From the NCBI GenBank assembly GCA_964499705.1, contig CAZCME010000001.1:385243-449242 (forward strand): a DNA stretch of 64,000 nt, in the 5' to 3' direction. Position numbers and translations under genes: made by a program. The notes beneath the pieces are model-generated. The model saw only the letters and a program-made list of their open reading frames with translations, was not told the origin of the DNA and did no database searches. Every line of letters begins with the position of its first letter. The first letter of the stretch is position 1. Below, piece by piece: positions 50,277 through 62,200 of the stretch. Source of the stretch: an uncultured bacterium. GTDB taxonomy: Bacteria; UBA8481.

Positions 50277-51712
50277 CGACGGCCGTTGTCTCGGGCCCCG
50301 CTCCGAAGGACCCGCGCGCGAAGAGCCCGTGGGCGCCGGGATGGATCGAGGAATGGAATCCGGAGGACGAGAGATTCTGGAACGAGCGCGGCGCAAAGAT
50401 CGCGACCAAGAATCTCTGGGTTTCCATCCCCTCGCTCTGTCTCTCCTTCATCGTCTGGATGATGTGGAGCGCGATCGTCGTCAATCTCAACAACATCGGA
50501 TTCGCCTTCACGTCCGCCCAGCTCTTCACGCTGACCGCCGTGCCCGGTCTCGCCGGCGCCACGCTCCGGATCTTCCACTCATTTCTCGTCGGGATTTTCG
50601 GAGGGAGAAACGTCACGATCTTCAACACGGCCTCACTTCTCATTCCCTGCCTTGGCCTCGGTTTCGCCCTGCGGGACACGACGACGACGTTCACGACGTT
50701 CGTCATCATCGGAGCGCTCTGCGGTTTCGGCGGCGGCAATTTCGCCTCGTCGATGTCGAACATCAGCACGTTCTACCCGAGGCGGAAACAGGGAGCGGCG
50801 CTCGGATTGAACGCGGCGCTGGGAAATCTCGGCGTGAGCATCGTTCAGTTCGTCATTCCGATCGTGATCGGAGCGGCCGTGCTGTCGTCGTTGGGCGGCG
50901 ACTCCCTGGCGTGGAATGCCGGCAAGTTCGACGAGACGGGACGATGGATCGTGACAAGCGCCCAGCCGGTCAAGCAGATGTGGCTCCAGAACGCCGCGCT
51001 CGTCTGGGTGCCGCCGATCGTCCTGACGCTCCTGGCCGCGATCTTTCTGATGAATAATCTCCGCGCCGCCACCGCGTCGCTCTCCGACACGCTTCCCATC
51101 TTCCACATGAAGCACACGTGGATCATGACGTGGCTCTACACCATGACCTTCGGATCGTTCATCGGATTTTCCGCGGCGTTTCCTCTCACGATCAAGGTGA
51201 TCTTCGGTAATCTGCCGGACGCGCCGGAGGGCCTCGCGCTGAAGTTCGCCTTCCTCGGCCCGCTCGTCGGTTCGATCGCCCGCGCGGTCGGAGGTTACGC
51301 ATCGGACAAGTGGGGCGGCGCGCGCGTCACGTTCTGGAACACGCTCGTCATGGTCGCGAGCGCGTACGGCGTCACGTTCTTCACGTCGCCGCGCGACATG
51401 AGCACGTTCCCGATGTTCATGGGCTTGTTCCTTCTCCTCTTCATCACGACGGGTGTCGGTAATGCGTCGACGTTTCGGATGATCGGCGTTATCCGCCAGT
51501 TCACGCTCGCGACGCGCGGCCCCGTCCTCGGCTGGACCTCGGCGGTCGCGGCCTACGGCGCCTTCGTCATCCCGATGGTCTTCAAGTCGTCGATCGAGAA
51601 GACGGCGTCTCCGAATCCGGCGATCTACGCCTTCATCGCCTACTACTTCGTCTCGGCTGGTCTCTGCTGGTGGTTCTACATGCGGCGGTCCGCCGAGGAG
51701 TATGGCGCCTGA
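50273..51712 (+). CDS. narK: NarK2/NarU-type nitrate/nitrite transporter
   Basis: WNPEDERFW..KIA.KNLWVS, GFGGGNFASSMSNI, FGSFIGFS, GNASTF; GTG start overlapping upstream TGA. Confidence 0.9.
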   Translation: MTTAVVSGPAPKDPRAKSPWAPGWIEEWNPEDERFWNERGAKIATKNLWVSIPSLCLSFIVWMMWSAIVVNLNNIGFAFTSAQLFTLTAVPGLAGATLRIFHSFLVGIFGGRNVTIFNTASLLIPCLGLGFALRDTTTTFTTFVIIGALCGFGGGNFASSMSNISTFYPRRKQGAALGLNAALGNLGVSIVQFVIPIVIGAAVLSSLGGDSLAWNAGKFDETGRWIVTSAQPVKQMWLQNAALVWVPPIVLTLLAAIFLMNNLRAATASLSDTLPIFHMKHTWIMTWLYTMTFGSFIGFSAAFPLTIKVIFGNLPDAPEGLALKFAFLGPLVGSIARAVGGYASDKWGGARVTFWNTLVMVASAYGVTFFTSPRDMSTFPMFMGLFLLLFITTGVGNASTFRMIGVIRQFTLATRGPVLGWTSAVAAYGAFVIPMVFKSSIEKTASPNPAIYAFIAYYFVSAGLCWWFYMRRSAEEYGA

Positions 51713-51715
51713 ACC

Positions 51716-52399
51716 ATGCCCGTTCTCGTTCGGAACATCCTCATCCTGGCGGCCATCGCTCTCGGTTTCGGCGCGGTCTCGCTCGCGCGGGAAAGCAAAA
51801 TCCGGATTCCCGGCACGGATCAGGGGTACGCTCCGGAGCAACCCATCGCCTTCTCGCATCGTCTTCACGCGGGTGAACTGGAGATCGATTGCCAGTTCTG
51901 CCACGCGGGCGCGGAGAAGAGCCGCCATGCGGGGCTTCCTCCGGTCGCGACGTGCATGGGGTGTCATCGATTCGTCGGAGCCCCGGCGAACGACATCCGC
52001 GTGGAGGAAGCGCGCGCGCAGGCGGAAAGCCGCCCCGCGCGCCCGATCGTTTCGAGCGAGATCATGAAGATCTACCGCGCGATGGGACTCGACAGCGCAC
52101 TTCGCCGCGATTCCTCGATGGAGGCGGCGGACAACGGAATCGGACGACCGGGCATACGATGGGCGCGCGTTCATAATCTCGCGGACTTCGTCTTCTTCGA
52201 CCACAGCCGCCATGTCAACGGCGGCGTCGCATGCTCCGCGTGCCATGGCGCCGTGGAGACGATGGAGCGGATCGAGCAGGTGAGCGACCTGACGATGGGA
52301 ACTTGCGTCAACTGCCACCGGGAGAAGAACGCGGAATTCCATGCGCAGGGCGGAAAGCTGGATCGTGCGAGCATCGATTGCTCGTCGTGCCATATATGA
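51716..52399 (+). CDS. actA: Alternative complex III pentaheme cytochrome c subunit
   Basis: N-terminal TM; PEQPIAFSHRLH; five CxxCH (CQFCH, CMGCH, CSACH, CVNCH, CSSCH); FFDHSRH. Confidence 0.9.
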   Translation: MPVLVRNILILAAIALGFGAVSLARESKIRIPGTDQGYAPEQPIAFSHRLHAGELEIDCQFCHAGAEKSRHAGLPPVATCMGCHRFVGAPANDIRVEEARAQAESRPARPIVSSEIMKIYRAMGLDSALRRDSSMEAADNGIGRPGIRWARVHNLADFVFFDHSRHVNGGVACSACHGAVETMERIEQVSDLTMGTCVNCHREKNAEFHAQGGKLDRASIDCSSCHI

Positions 52400-55300
52400 A
52401 GAGGCTATTCCCGAATCCCAACTCCGAAATCCCGAAAATCGGGAACGAGCGCGAGAATGCGGCTGTCGGGAGTTCCGCCTCCGGCATGCCGGACAATGCG
52501 GAATTGCGCGATGTCCTGGCGGGCGGTGAACGATGGAATAGGCGATCTTTCCTGAAGACCGCCGGTTTCGCATTCGCGGGCGCGGCGGTCGGGTGCGACC
52601 GGGGGCCGGCGAAGTATGCGATTCCGCACCTGGTTCAGCCGGAGGAGACGACGCCCGGCCGATCGATCTGGTACTCGTCCATGTGCGGAGGATGTGAAGC
52701 GCGTTGCGGAATACTCGGTCGCGTCCGCGACGGCCGTCCCGTCAAGATCGAGGGCAATGCGGAGCATCCCGTTTCGAAAGGCGGCCTTTGCGCGATAGGA
52801 CAGGCGATGATCCTGGGATTGTACGATGCGGAACGGCTCGCGCATCCGATGATCCGGGGTAAAGAAGCCGGTTGGCCGGAAGTCGATCGTCTCATCGCGG
52901 AAAAGCTTGCCAACGCGAAACGGGTCCGGATTCTCGCGGGATCGATGATGGGGATGACGGAGCGTAAATGCGCGGAGGAGTTTCTCGCGCGCTTTGAGGA
53001 CGGCAAGCTTCTTCGATACGATCCGCTCTCTGTCGCGGCCATCCTCGATACTCATGTTCTGTCGCACGGACGCAGGGTGCTTCCCCGATACCGGTTCGAT
53101 CGCGCGGATCTGATCGTCGGCATCGACGCGGATTTTCTCGGGACGTGGATCTCTCCGGTGGAATTCGCGGCGGGATATTCCACGCGGAGGAAGCCCGATC
53201 CCGAACACGGCGCCGGCATGTCGCGCCATGTCCATCTGGAATCACGCGTGTCCCTGACAGGTTCGAATGCCGACGTGAGAAAACGGATCGCGCCGGGAGA
53301 GGTGATGCCCCTGCTCGAACACCTGGCCGCGCGGCTTGCGGGCGGCGCGGCGCCTTCGGCGGGCATCTCATCCGTACCGGAAGCGTTCATCGACGGGCTG
53401 GCGACGGAACTGGGCGCGGCGAAGGGGAAGAGCCTGCTGGTCTGCGGCGCGAACGAGCGCGGCGCACAGGTGCTTGCGAATCGCATCAATGAGGCGCTCG
53501 GAAACTATCGTGCGACGCTCGATATCGACTCGCCATCCTTCCAGAAAGAAGGCGATGACGACGCGCCGATCGGGCTTCTGTCGGAATTGGAATCAGGAAC
53601 CGTGGACGCGCTGTTCGTTCACGGTGTCAATCCGGTATACGACCACCCCTTCGGCGAGCGCTTCGCGGTTGCGATAAAGAAAGCCGGTCTGACGGTATCC
53701 TTCGCTGATCGCATCGATGAGACATCGGCCTGCGCGGAATATAAGTGTCCTTCCCATCATCCGCTCGAAGCATGGAATGATGCGGAGACCGTTGCGGATC
53801 TCATGACGATCGCGCAGCCTCTCATCGCGCCGCTGAAATTGACCCGCGCGTTCACGGAAAGTCTCGCGTGCTGGAGCGGATCGCCGCGCGGAGAGTACGA
53901 GATCATTCGCGCTTCATGGAAGGAGCGGATTTTCCAACGAAGAAAGGACTCGGCGCTGACGTTCGAGACATTCTGGAATCGGACGGTCCACGATGGATTC
54001 GCGGAATTGAAGGCGGGAACAAGTCCGGTTGCCGCGATTCGACCTATGTCTTCGGCGGCGCATTCATCACCGAATCACATGAGGCCCGCGACAGGGGAGC
54101 TTGCGCTGGTCCTGTATCCGAAGCTCGCGATGCTTGACGGTCGCCATGCTCATAATCCCTGGCTTCATGAACTGCCCGATCCGGTCACGAAAGTGACATG
54201 GGATAATTACGCTTCGCTGTCGCCGGCTGTGGCCCGGCGGGCTGGAGTCAACCAGGGAGATGTCATTCGCGTCTCGTCACGAGTGGGATCCGTGGAGCTT
54301 CCCGTCTTCATCCAGGCGGGACAGCACGATGAGATCGTCGCCGTCGCGCTCGGTTACGGTCGCCAGGGGACGGATCGCTTCGCCCGTATCGGACCGCAGT
54401 GGTTCGAGAGCAACCTCACGGTCGAGGAGGGAGCCACGGTCGGAAAGAATGCGGCGCGATTCCTGGAAATCGCGGATCATGCGATCCGATTCGCCGGAAT
54501 GCCGGTTCGGATCGAGAAGACGGGCCGGTCGCACGCATTGGCCGCCACGCAACGCCATCACACGCTCGATATCAAGTCGGAGCTCGGACTCGCAGGCGGG
54601 GAACCGCTTCCCTTGATCCGGGAGATGACGCTGGCCGCGCTCCTCGCGCCCGGGAACGATGGTCATACGGTCGGCTCCCACGACGCGGCGGCTGCCACGC
54701 TCTGGAGCGCGGATCACGCGTCTCCCGGGCATAAGTGGGCCATGGCGATCGACCTGAGCGCGTGCACGGGATGTTCCGGATGCGTCATCGGCTGCCAGGC
54801 GGAGAATAATATCCCGATCGTCGGGAAGGATGAGGTGATGCGCGCGAGGGAGATGCATTGGATCCGGATCGACCGGTATTATTCCGGTCCGGACGACGAT
54901 CTGCGCGTCGCGCACCAGCCCATGCTCTGCCACCACTGCGGCAACGCTCCCTGCGAAACGGTCTGCCCCGTCCTGGCGACGGTGCATAGCGCCGAGGGGC
55001 TCAACCAGCAGGTCTACAATCGGTGCGTCGGCACGCGCTACTGTGCGAATAATTGCCCGGTGAAAACCCGCCGCTTCAACTGGTTCGATTATCCGCACCA
55101 TGACAAGTTGAAGAACATGGCTCTCAATCCCGACGTAACCGTACGGACACGCGGCGTCATGGAGAAATGCTCCTTCTGCGTCCAGCGGATCATGGCCGCC
55201 AAGGCGGAATCGACTCGCCATGGAGTTAAAATCGCCGACGGCGACATCTCGCCCGCGTGCGTGCAGTCCTGTCCGGCCCGCGCCATCGTCTTCGGCGACC

Positions 55301-55414
55301 TGAACGATCCTGCCAGCGCCATCTCGCGGGCGCGTGCGGGATCGCGCCACTTCACGATTCTCGATGAGCTGAACCTGGATGCGGCGGTCGGATACAGGGC
55401 GAAGGTGCGCAACC

Positions 55415-55422
<8 letters not shown>
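52396..55422 (+). CDS. actB: Alternative complex III subunit B (molybdopterin-oxidoreductase-like plus Fe-S domain), Tat-exported
   Basis: ATG 52396 overlaps actA stop; Tat motif NRRSFLK...[53 protein letters not shown]. Confidence 0.92.
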
Positions 55423-56790
<1,368 letters not shown>

Positions 56791-56794
<4 letters not shown>

Positions 56795-57333
56795 GCAGGG
56801 TCGCCGCAACGCGGCGCGTCGTCATCGCGTCCTTCGAGAACGAGCATGACCTGGTCGCCGCCGCGCGCGCGGTGAAGAACAAGGGTTGCGAACTGCGCGA
56901 TGCGTACACGCCGTACGCCGTGCACGGTCTCGATGAGGCGATGGGCGTCGCGCCGTCGCAATTGCCGTGGGTCTGCTTTCTCTTCGGGCTGGGAGGCGCC
57001 GTCCTCAAGGTCTGGTTCGAGTTCTGGACGACGTCCGTCGACTGGCCCGTCAACGTGGGAGGCAAGCCGTGGAACTCCTGGCCCGCCTTCATCCCGATCA
57101 CGTTCGAGGTGATGGTTCTGCTGGCCGGTCTTTCCACCGTCGCCGCCTTTCTTCTTCGCGCGGGCCTGTATCCCGGCCGTAAGCCCGTGATGCCCGATCC
57201 TCGCGTCACGAACGACAGGTTCGCGCTCGTTGTGGGCGAGAAGGATTCCTCTTTCGAACTCGGAGCGGTCCGAGCCCTGTTGATACGGAACGGCGCGGTC
57301 GAGGTCCGCGAGGACCTAGAGGAGGAAGCATGA
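56791..57333 (+). CDS. actD: Alternative complex III subunit D (DUF3341)
   Basis: [37 protein letters not shown] 56791 after GAGGAGG. Confidence 0.9.
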
Positions 57334-57935
57334 ATGCCGCGCGAATGAGCCTCGTCGCGGGAGTCACGATCCTCGTCGCGATGGGACTGCTCCTGGCCCG
57401 GATCGTCACATCCCCGGATCCGCAATCGCGCGCGTACGAGATCTTCAACGACATGGCGCATTCCCCCGCGTTCAAGTCTCAGTCGCCGAATCCGAATTTC
57501 AGCGACGGCATGACCGACCGGTTGCCGCCGGCAGGAACGATCGCGCGCGGATTCCTTCCGCTCCCCGAGGATTCACCTGCGTTCGCCGCGATGAGAAATC
57601 CCTTCGCGGATTCCGCGGCAACGGTGGCGCAAAGAGGGGAGACCATCTACAAGCGCGACTGCTTGCCCTGCCACGGCGCGGATGCGCTCGGAGACGGGCC
57701 CGTCACCCGGCGAGGTTTTCCGCCTCCGCCGTCGCTCATCGGGGAGCAGGCCGCGCAACTTCCCGACGGCGAGATGTTCCGGATCGTCACCCGGGGCCGG
57801 GGCAACATGCCGCCTCTGGCCTCGCAGGTGGATCGCGACGATCGATGGAAGGTGATCCTTCACATCCGGTCGCTTCAGCGCGCCGCTTTTGCCTCGGCGT
57901 CAACCGTCGCCGATTCCAGGGTGAACAGGCCATGA
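57330..57935 (+). CDS. actE: Alternative complex III monoheme cytochrome c subunit E
   Basis: DMAHS, PPAGTIARG, CLPCH, GNMP, DRWKVI. Confidence 0.88.
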   Translation: MNAARMSLVAGVTILVAMGLLLARIVTSPDPQSRAYEIFNDMAHSPAFKSQSPNPNFSDGMTDRLPPAGTIARGFLPLPEDSPAFAAMRNPFADSAATVAQRGETIYKRDCLPCHGADALGDGPVTRRGFPPPPSLIGEQAAQLPDGEMFRIVTRGRGNMPPLASQVDRDDRWKVILHIRSLQRAAFASASTVADSRVNRP

Positions 57936-59176
57936 ACGTAACGCAGACCGGATGCCAGGGAGCGGAAGCATTGTCCGCCGGATCGCGGACGGAGAAAGCG
58001 CTCAGGGCCGGCGTCCTGCTGGGCGGAGCCGGTTTTGTCGCGGGGCTTTTGTGGGCGCCGGACCGGATCTGGCCCGCGTTCCTCATCGCCGTCACGTATC
58101 TCGTCCACCTCGGTCTTGCCGCCGCGTTCTTCCTCGCCGTGCAGAACACGACCAAGGCGGGATGGAGCGTTCTCCTGCGCCGCGTGCCGGAAGCGATGAC
58201 GGCATCCCTCGCGTGGGCGGCGCTCCTCGTTCCCATGCTCCTCTTCGGCGTGCATGAGCTCTATTCGTGGACGCATGAGGACGCCTTCACCGGAGCGCAT
58301 GCCTGGATGGCGGGGAAGAAGGCCTGGCTCAATCTCCCGTTCTTCTCCGTCCGCACCTTCCTGTATTTCGCGGCGTGGCTCCTGCCCGCCGCTCTTCTCG
58401 TCCGGAACTCCCGCCTCCAGGATGACGACGGTCTCATCATCCACACCGTGCGCAACAGGAAAGTCTCCGCGATCTTTCTCTTCCTCTTCGCGATCACCGT
58501 CTCGGCCGCGTCGTTCGACTGGCTGATGTCGCTGGAGCCGGAATGGTACAGCACGATCTTCGGCGCCTATGTCTTCGCGGGGCTCTTTCTCACCGGCTCC
58601 GCCGCCACGACGATCGTCGTCATCCTCCTCAGGCGCAAGGGGTCCTTCCGCAAATCGAAATTCTGCCGCTTCGATCATCTGGGCGAAATCGCCCCGGAGG
58701 AATCGCTCATCTCTCCCGCCCACCTGCACGATCTCGGCAAGCTTGTCTTCGCCTTCTCGTCCTTCTGGGCCTATCTCTGGTTCTGCCAGTTCATGCTGAT
58801 CTGGTACACGAACATGCCGGAGGAAAGCCTCTACTTCGCCCGGCGAATGCGCGGCGGATGGGAGACATTCTTCTGGATCAACGTGGCTCTCAACTGGGTG
58901 ATTCCCTTCTTCGGCCTCATGTCCCGGACCTTCAAGCGCGACGAGCGGATCCTGCTGCTCGTTTCCCTGTCCGTGCTCCTGGGCCACTGGGTTGATCTGT
59001 ACGTGATGGTCCAGCCCGTCTTCTTCGATCGTCCGGTTCTCGGATTGTGGGAACTGGCTCCGATGTGCGGCGTCGCCGCGCTCTTTTTACTGACGACCTT
59101 CGTCCGTCTCCGCGCGGTTCCGCTGATCCCCCTGAGGGACCCGCTGGTGGAGGAGAGTGTGCTGCACCGGATGTGA
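57932..59176 (+). CDS. actF: Alternative complex III subunit F (membrane)
   Basis: AGWS..RRVPEA, WLN.PFF..R, DWLMSLEPEWYSTIFG, HDLGK, QFMLIWYTNMPEE. Confidence 0.9.
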   Translation: MNVTQTGCQGAEALSAGSRTEKALRAGVLLGGAGFVAGLLWAPDRIWPAFLIAVTYLVHLGLAAAFFLAVQNTTKAGWSVLLRRVPEAMTASLAWAALLVPMLLFGVHELYSWTHEDAFTGAHAWMAGKKAWLNLPFFSVRTFLYFAAWLLPAALLVRNSRLQDDDGLIIHTVRNRKVSAIFLFLFAITVSAASFDWLMSLEPEWYSTIFGAYVFAGLFLTGSAATTIVVILLRRKGSFRKSKFCRFDHLGEIAPEESLISPAHLHDLGKLVFAFSSFWAYLWFCQFMLIWYTNMPEESLYFARRMRGGWETFFWINVALNWVIPFFGLMSRTFKRDERILLLVSLSVLLGHWVDLYVMVQPVFFDRPVLGLWELAPMCGVAALFLLTTFVRLRAVPLIPLRDPLVEESVLHRM

Positions 59177-59281
59177 GTTGAGACTTGCCTGCAATTCAGG
59201 CTACGATCATGGAAAGCTTATCCATGAACGCGAATGGTCTCCTTAATTCGTCAGGATACATGGTGTTGAAGCACGGAACAT

Positions 59282-62200
59282 TTACCACGAGTCGCCCGCG
59301 GATTCTGAACCGGCGGCTCCGCCCGCTCTCGATACAGACATTAATTGCCACAAGGGAACGTCACCGCTTCGGGATGTTGCCTCGCTTCCGAAGATTTCCC
59401 GTTCCAACGCGCGGAGATCCGATCGCAATACAACGGCTCGCTCAAACGCCTGGCGTGCTTCCGATATCCGATTGGCCTTCGCATACAGCCGGGCGAGATT
59501 GAGACTCGGACGGTAATCGCCCGGCATCGCCGCCGCGGCGGTTCGCAGGAGCGCGGTGGCTACGGCGTTGTTACCGCGACGCATCGCGAGGACGGCAAGA
59601 TAGAGCTTCATTTCGCCTTCGCTCTCCGGGATCTCGCCGACACGCAGCCACTGGGATTCGGCACCGTCAAAGCGGCCCAGCGACCAGAGGAAGGCGCCAT
59701 AAGCCTTCCTGAGTTCGGTGTCGCGCGGGTGCTGAGCGAGCGGATCTTCGAAGAGCTGGCGAATGACGGCGTCCTGTCGGACGCGGAGTTCGCTGGTCCG
59801 ATCCCTGTAGCCGCTCCAGGCGGTTTGCCAGTCGGCGACGATGTCGCGGGGCGATGGCAGCGCAGCAGGTCGGCAGAGTCTCCACGCGTCCGCGAGGCGA
59901 AGGTGATTCTCGACGTTACCCCTGGCTTCGCGCGCCCCCCGGCTCACGGCCCTCAGGAAACCGCCGTCTGAGAGAGTGGTCTCGACGGCCAGCCACACCT
60001 TGCCGTCGTGCAGAAAGACGTCGTCGTGCGGAAGCCCGATCTTTTCCCACTCGCCGGCGTCGATATCGGTCTTGAATTGCACGAGGATATGGCCGGGCGT
60101 CAGTAGAAAACGCGTCGGTACTCCGACCGCCTCGAGAAGCGTCGAATAGAGGACGGCCAGATCATCGCAATCACCGGTTCCCCGGTCGAGCGTCTCCGCG
60201 GGTAGTTGAACGTAGTCGATGGCCCATCGCGCCGTATCCGTTCCGATGTAGGGGGCGTTCGGGTCGCTGACATAGTGGATATTCTTCATGGCTTCGAAGA
60301 GGACGACGGCCTTGGAGAGCGCCGGATCCATGAACGGAAACAGCGCCGTGTCCGGGCGGGAGAAGATCTGGCTCCTGAACGATACGATCGCCGGTTCCTG
60401 CGGATTGACGAACGCGCCGACCATTTCCTTGTTCTGCCACGTCATCGCGTTCCGTCCCAGGATGCGAACCGGAACGACGCGTTCTTCCGAATACTTTTGT
60501 CGGCGAAATTCCCATATAACCGAGATTTTTGCCTGCCGCACCTGGTCTCGATCGTTGCGAAGGAACGCTTCGTTGAAGACGGGGTTGAGGTGAAGGGTAA
60601 GCGAGGCATCGGGCAGCACACGTTCGACCACCACTTCGGAGGGGAGATCCATGAAACCGGGAATCATGATCGAGACCTTCATGTTGGAGATCGCGAGCGA
60701 GTCGGTATTGCGGATCTCGATGCGGCCGACTACGGCCCCCGTCGCCGCGACGGCGGGAAAGATCGGGTCCATCGTGATGGAGTGGATGGAGAGGCGCCCG
60801 GCTTCTCGTGTCAATGCTTCGTCGTCTCGACCGCGCACGAGCCGTGCGCGAAAGCCCGGCTGGAGCGTGACCGACCTGTCGATATCCAGAACCTCGGCGC
60901 GGCTCAGGCGCGGATAGACATCGGTAAGACGGAACCGTGCGTCGGCCTTCGCGTCGATGTGGAAGATCTCGCCGGTCGCGGCGTCCTTGATGTCGCGCGC
61001 GGGCCTGACGTGCTCCAGATGCGTGCCTGCGGTGACGCCCTGATCCTGCCCGATCTTGAAGAAGATCTCTCCGTTGTCCGCCGAAAGGATCTCCGCCTCG
61101 ATGGGCAGGTGCTTCAAGATCTCGTCGCGCACGCGATCGGCCATGTCGGTGAGCCGGTCGCGGCCCTGGACGCGGAACTGCACGACCTCGACCCATTTGC
61201 CGGGGCGCGCTTCCATCCAGTAGTTCTCGGTGAGCATGTTGGAGGCGGGCATCTCGACATTCGTTTCCCCCGAACGAGCGAGCAAATCCGTGACTAAGCG
61301 TTGGAACGACCCCGTACGTATCCATGTCGCACGAAAACTGGCTTTTTCATCAGTAGGAACGTTGTTCTGCCTCATGATCTCGACCAGAAAATCGTTTCGA
61401 GCGCGATTCTCCTCTTCGACGATCAGGACGGAGTCCTGAGGGATTTCCGTCAGAGCTTGTCCCGCCGAAAAACCCATGGAGCCCCAAGGAGTTTCACCGA
61501 TGAATCTCCGCGACACCAGATCATTGACGGGGCCGAGTCTCGCGCGGGCCTGCGAAACGATTGATCGGGCTGTGTCATTCCACTCGATTCGAAAATATTC
61601 GTTGGGACCACTGTGAAAGAGTCTGGATGTCGAGTCCGTGGAATATGCAATCTCGGAATACTCCCCGAGCGGATCCGCCGCGAGCATGTCAGCGACCGGC
61701 GCGAGAAAGAGAATGCAATTGATCGACGGTCCTTCGTAGGCGATCTTCAAGGCGGCGGCGAGAGGGACGTTCCGGTCGCGAGCGAAGTCAGTCTGGAGCT
61801 TGGCGCTCGCTTCGATCGAGGCCATCGCGAGGCCCTGCTCGATGGCGTAGTCGCTGACGTCGTCGGGCGTCACGAAGCGCGTAAGCCCGGTTCCTCCGAT
61901 CCGGTCCGCAAGTATATCGCGAACGCCTTCGCTCTGACCGAGGTGCCGCAGCCGATTTCCTTTTTGTCTCAATCCGGCAAAATAGATTCCCGGTACGTTT
62001 CCCGATCCATGCCGAACGACGGGATTCTCGAGGAAAAACCGCGAAAACTCGCCATCGGGATTCAATGCAACCGCCTCTTGAAACTCCCGGCGAGCCGCCT
62101 CGGTCTCGCCCCGATCACGATGGAGCAGCCCCTGGTAATAGTGAATGTCGGCGTTATCGGGAGCCTCTTCGAGCGCCTTCCTGAAGAAGAGCATCGCTTT

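Noticed and set aside
59190-59230. Terminator after actF
   Set aside because: Two short hairpins (GCCTG/CAGGC and TCATGGA/TCCATGA) but no U-tract; too weak to call
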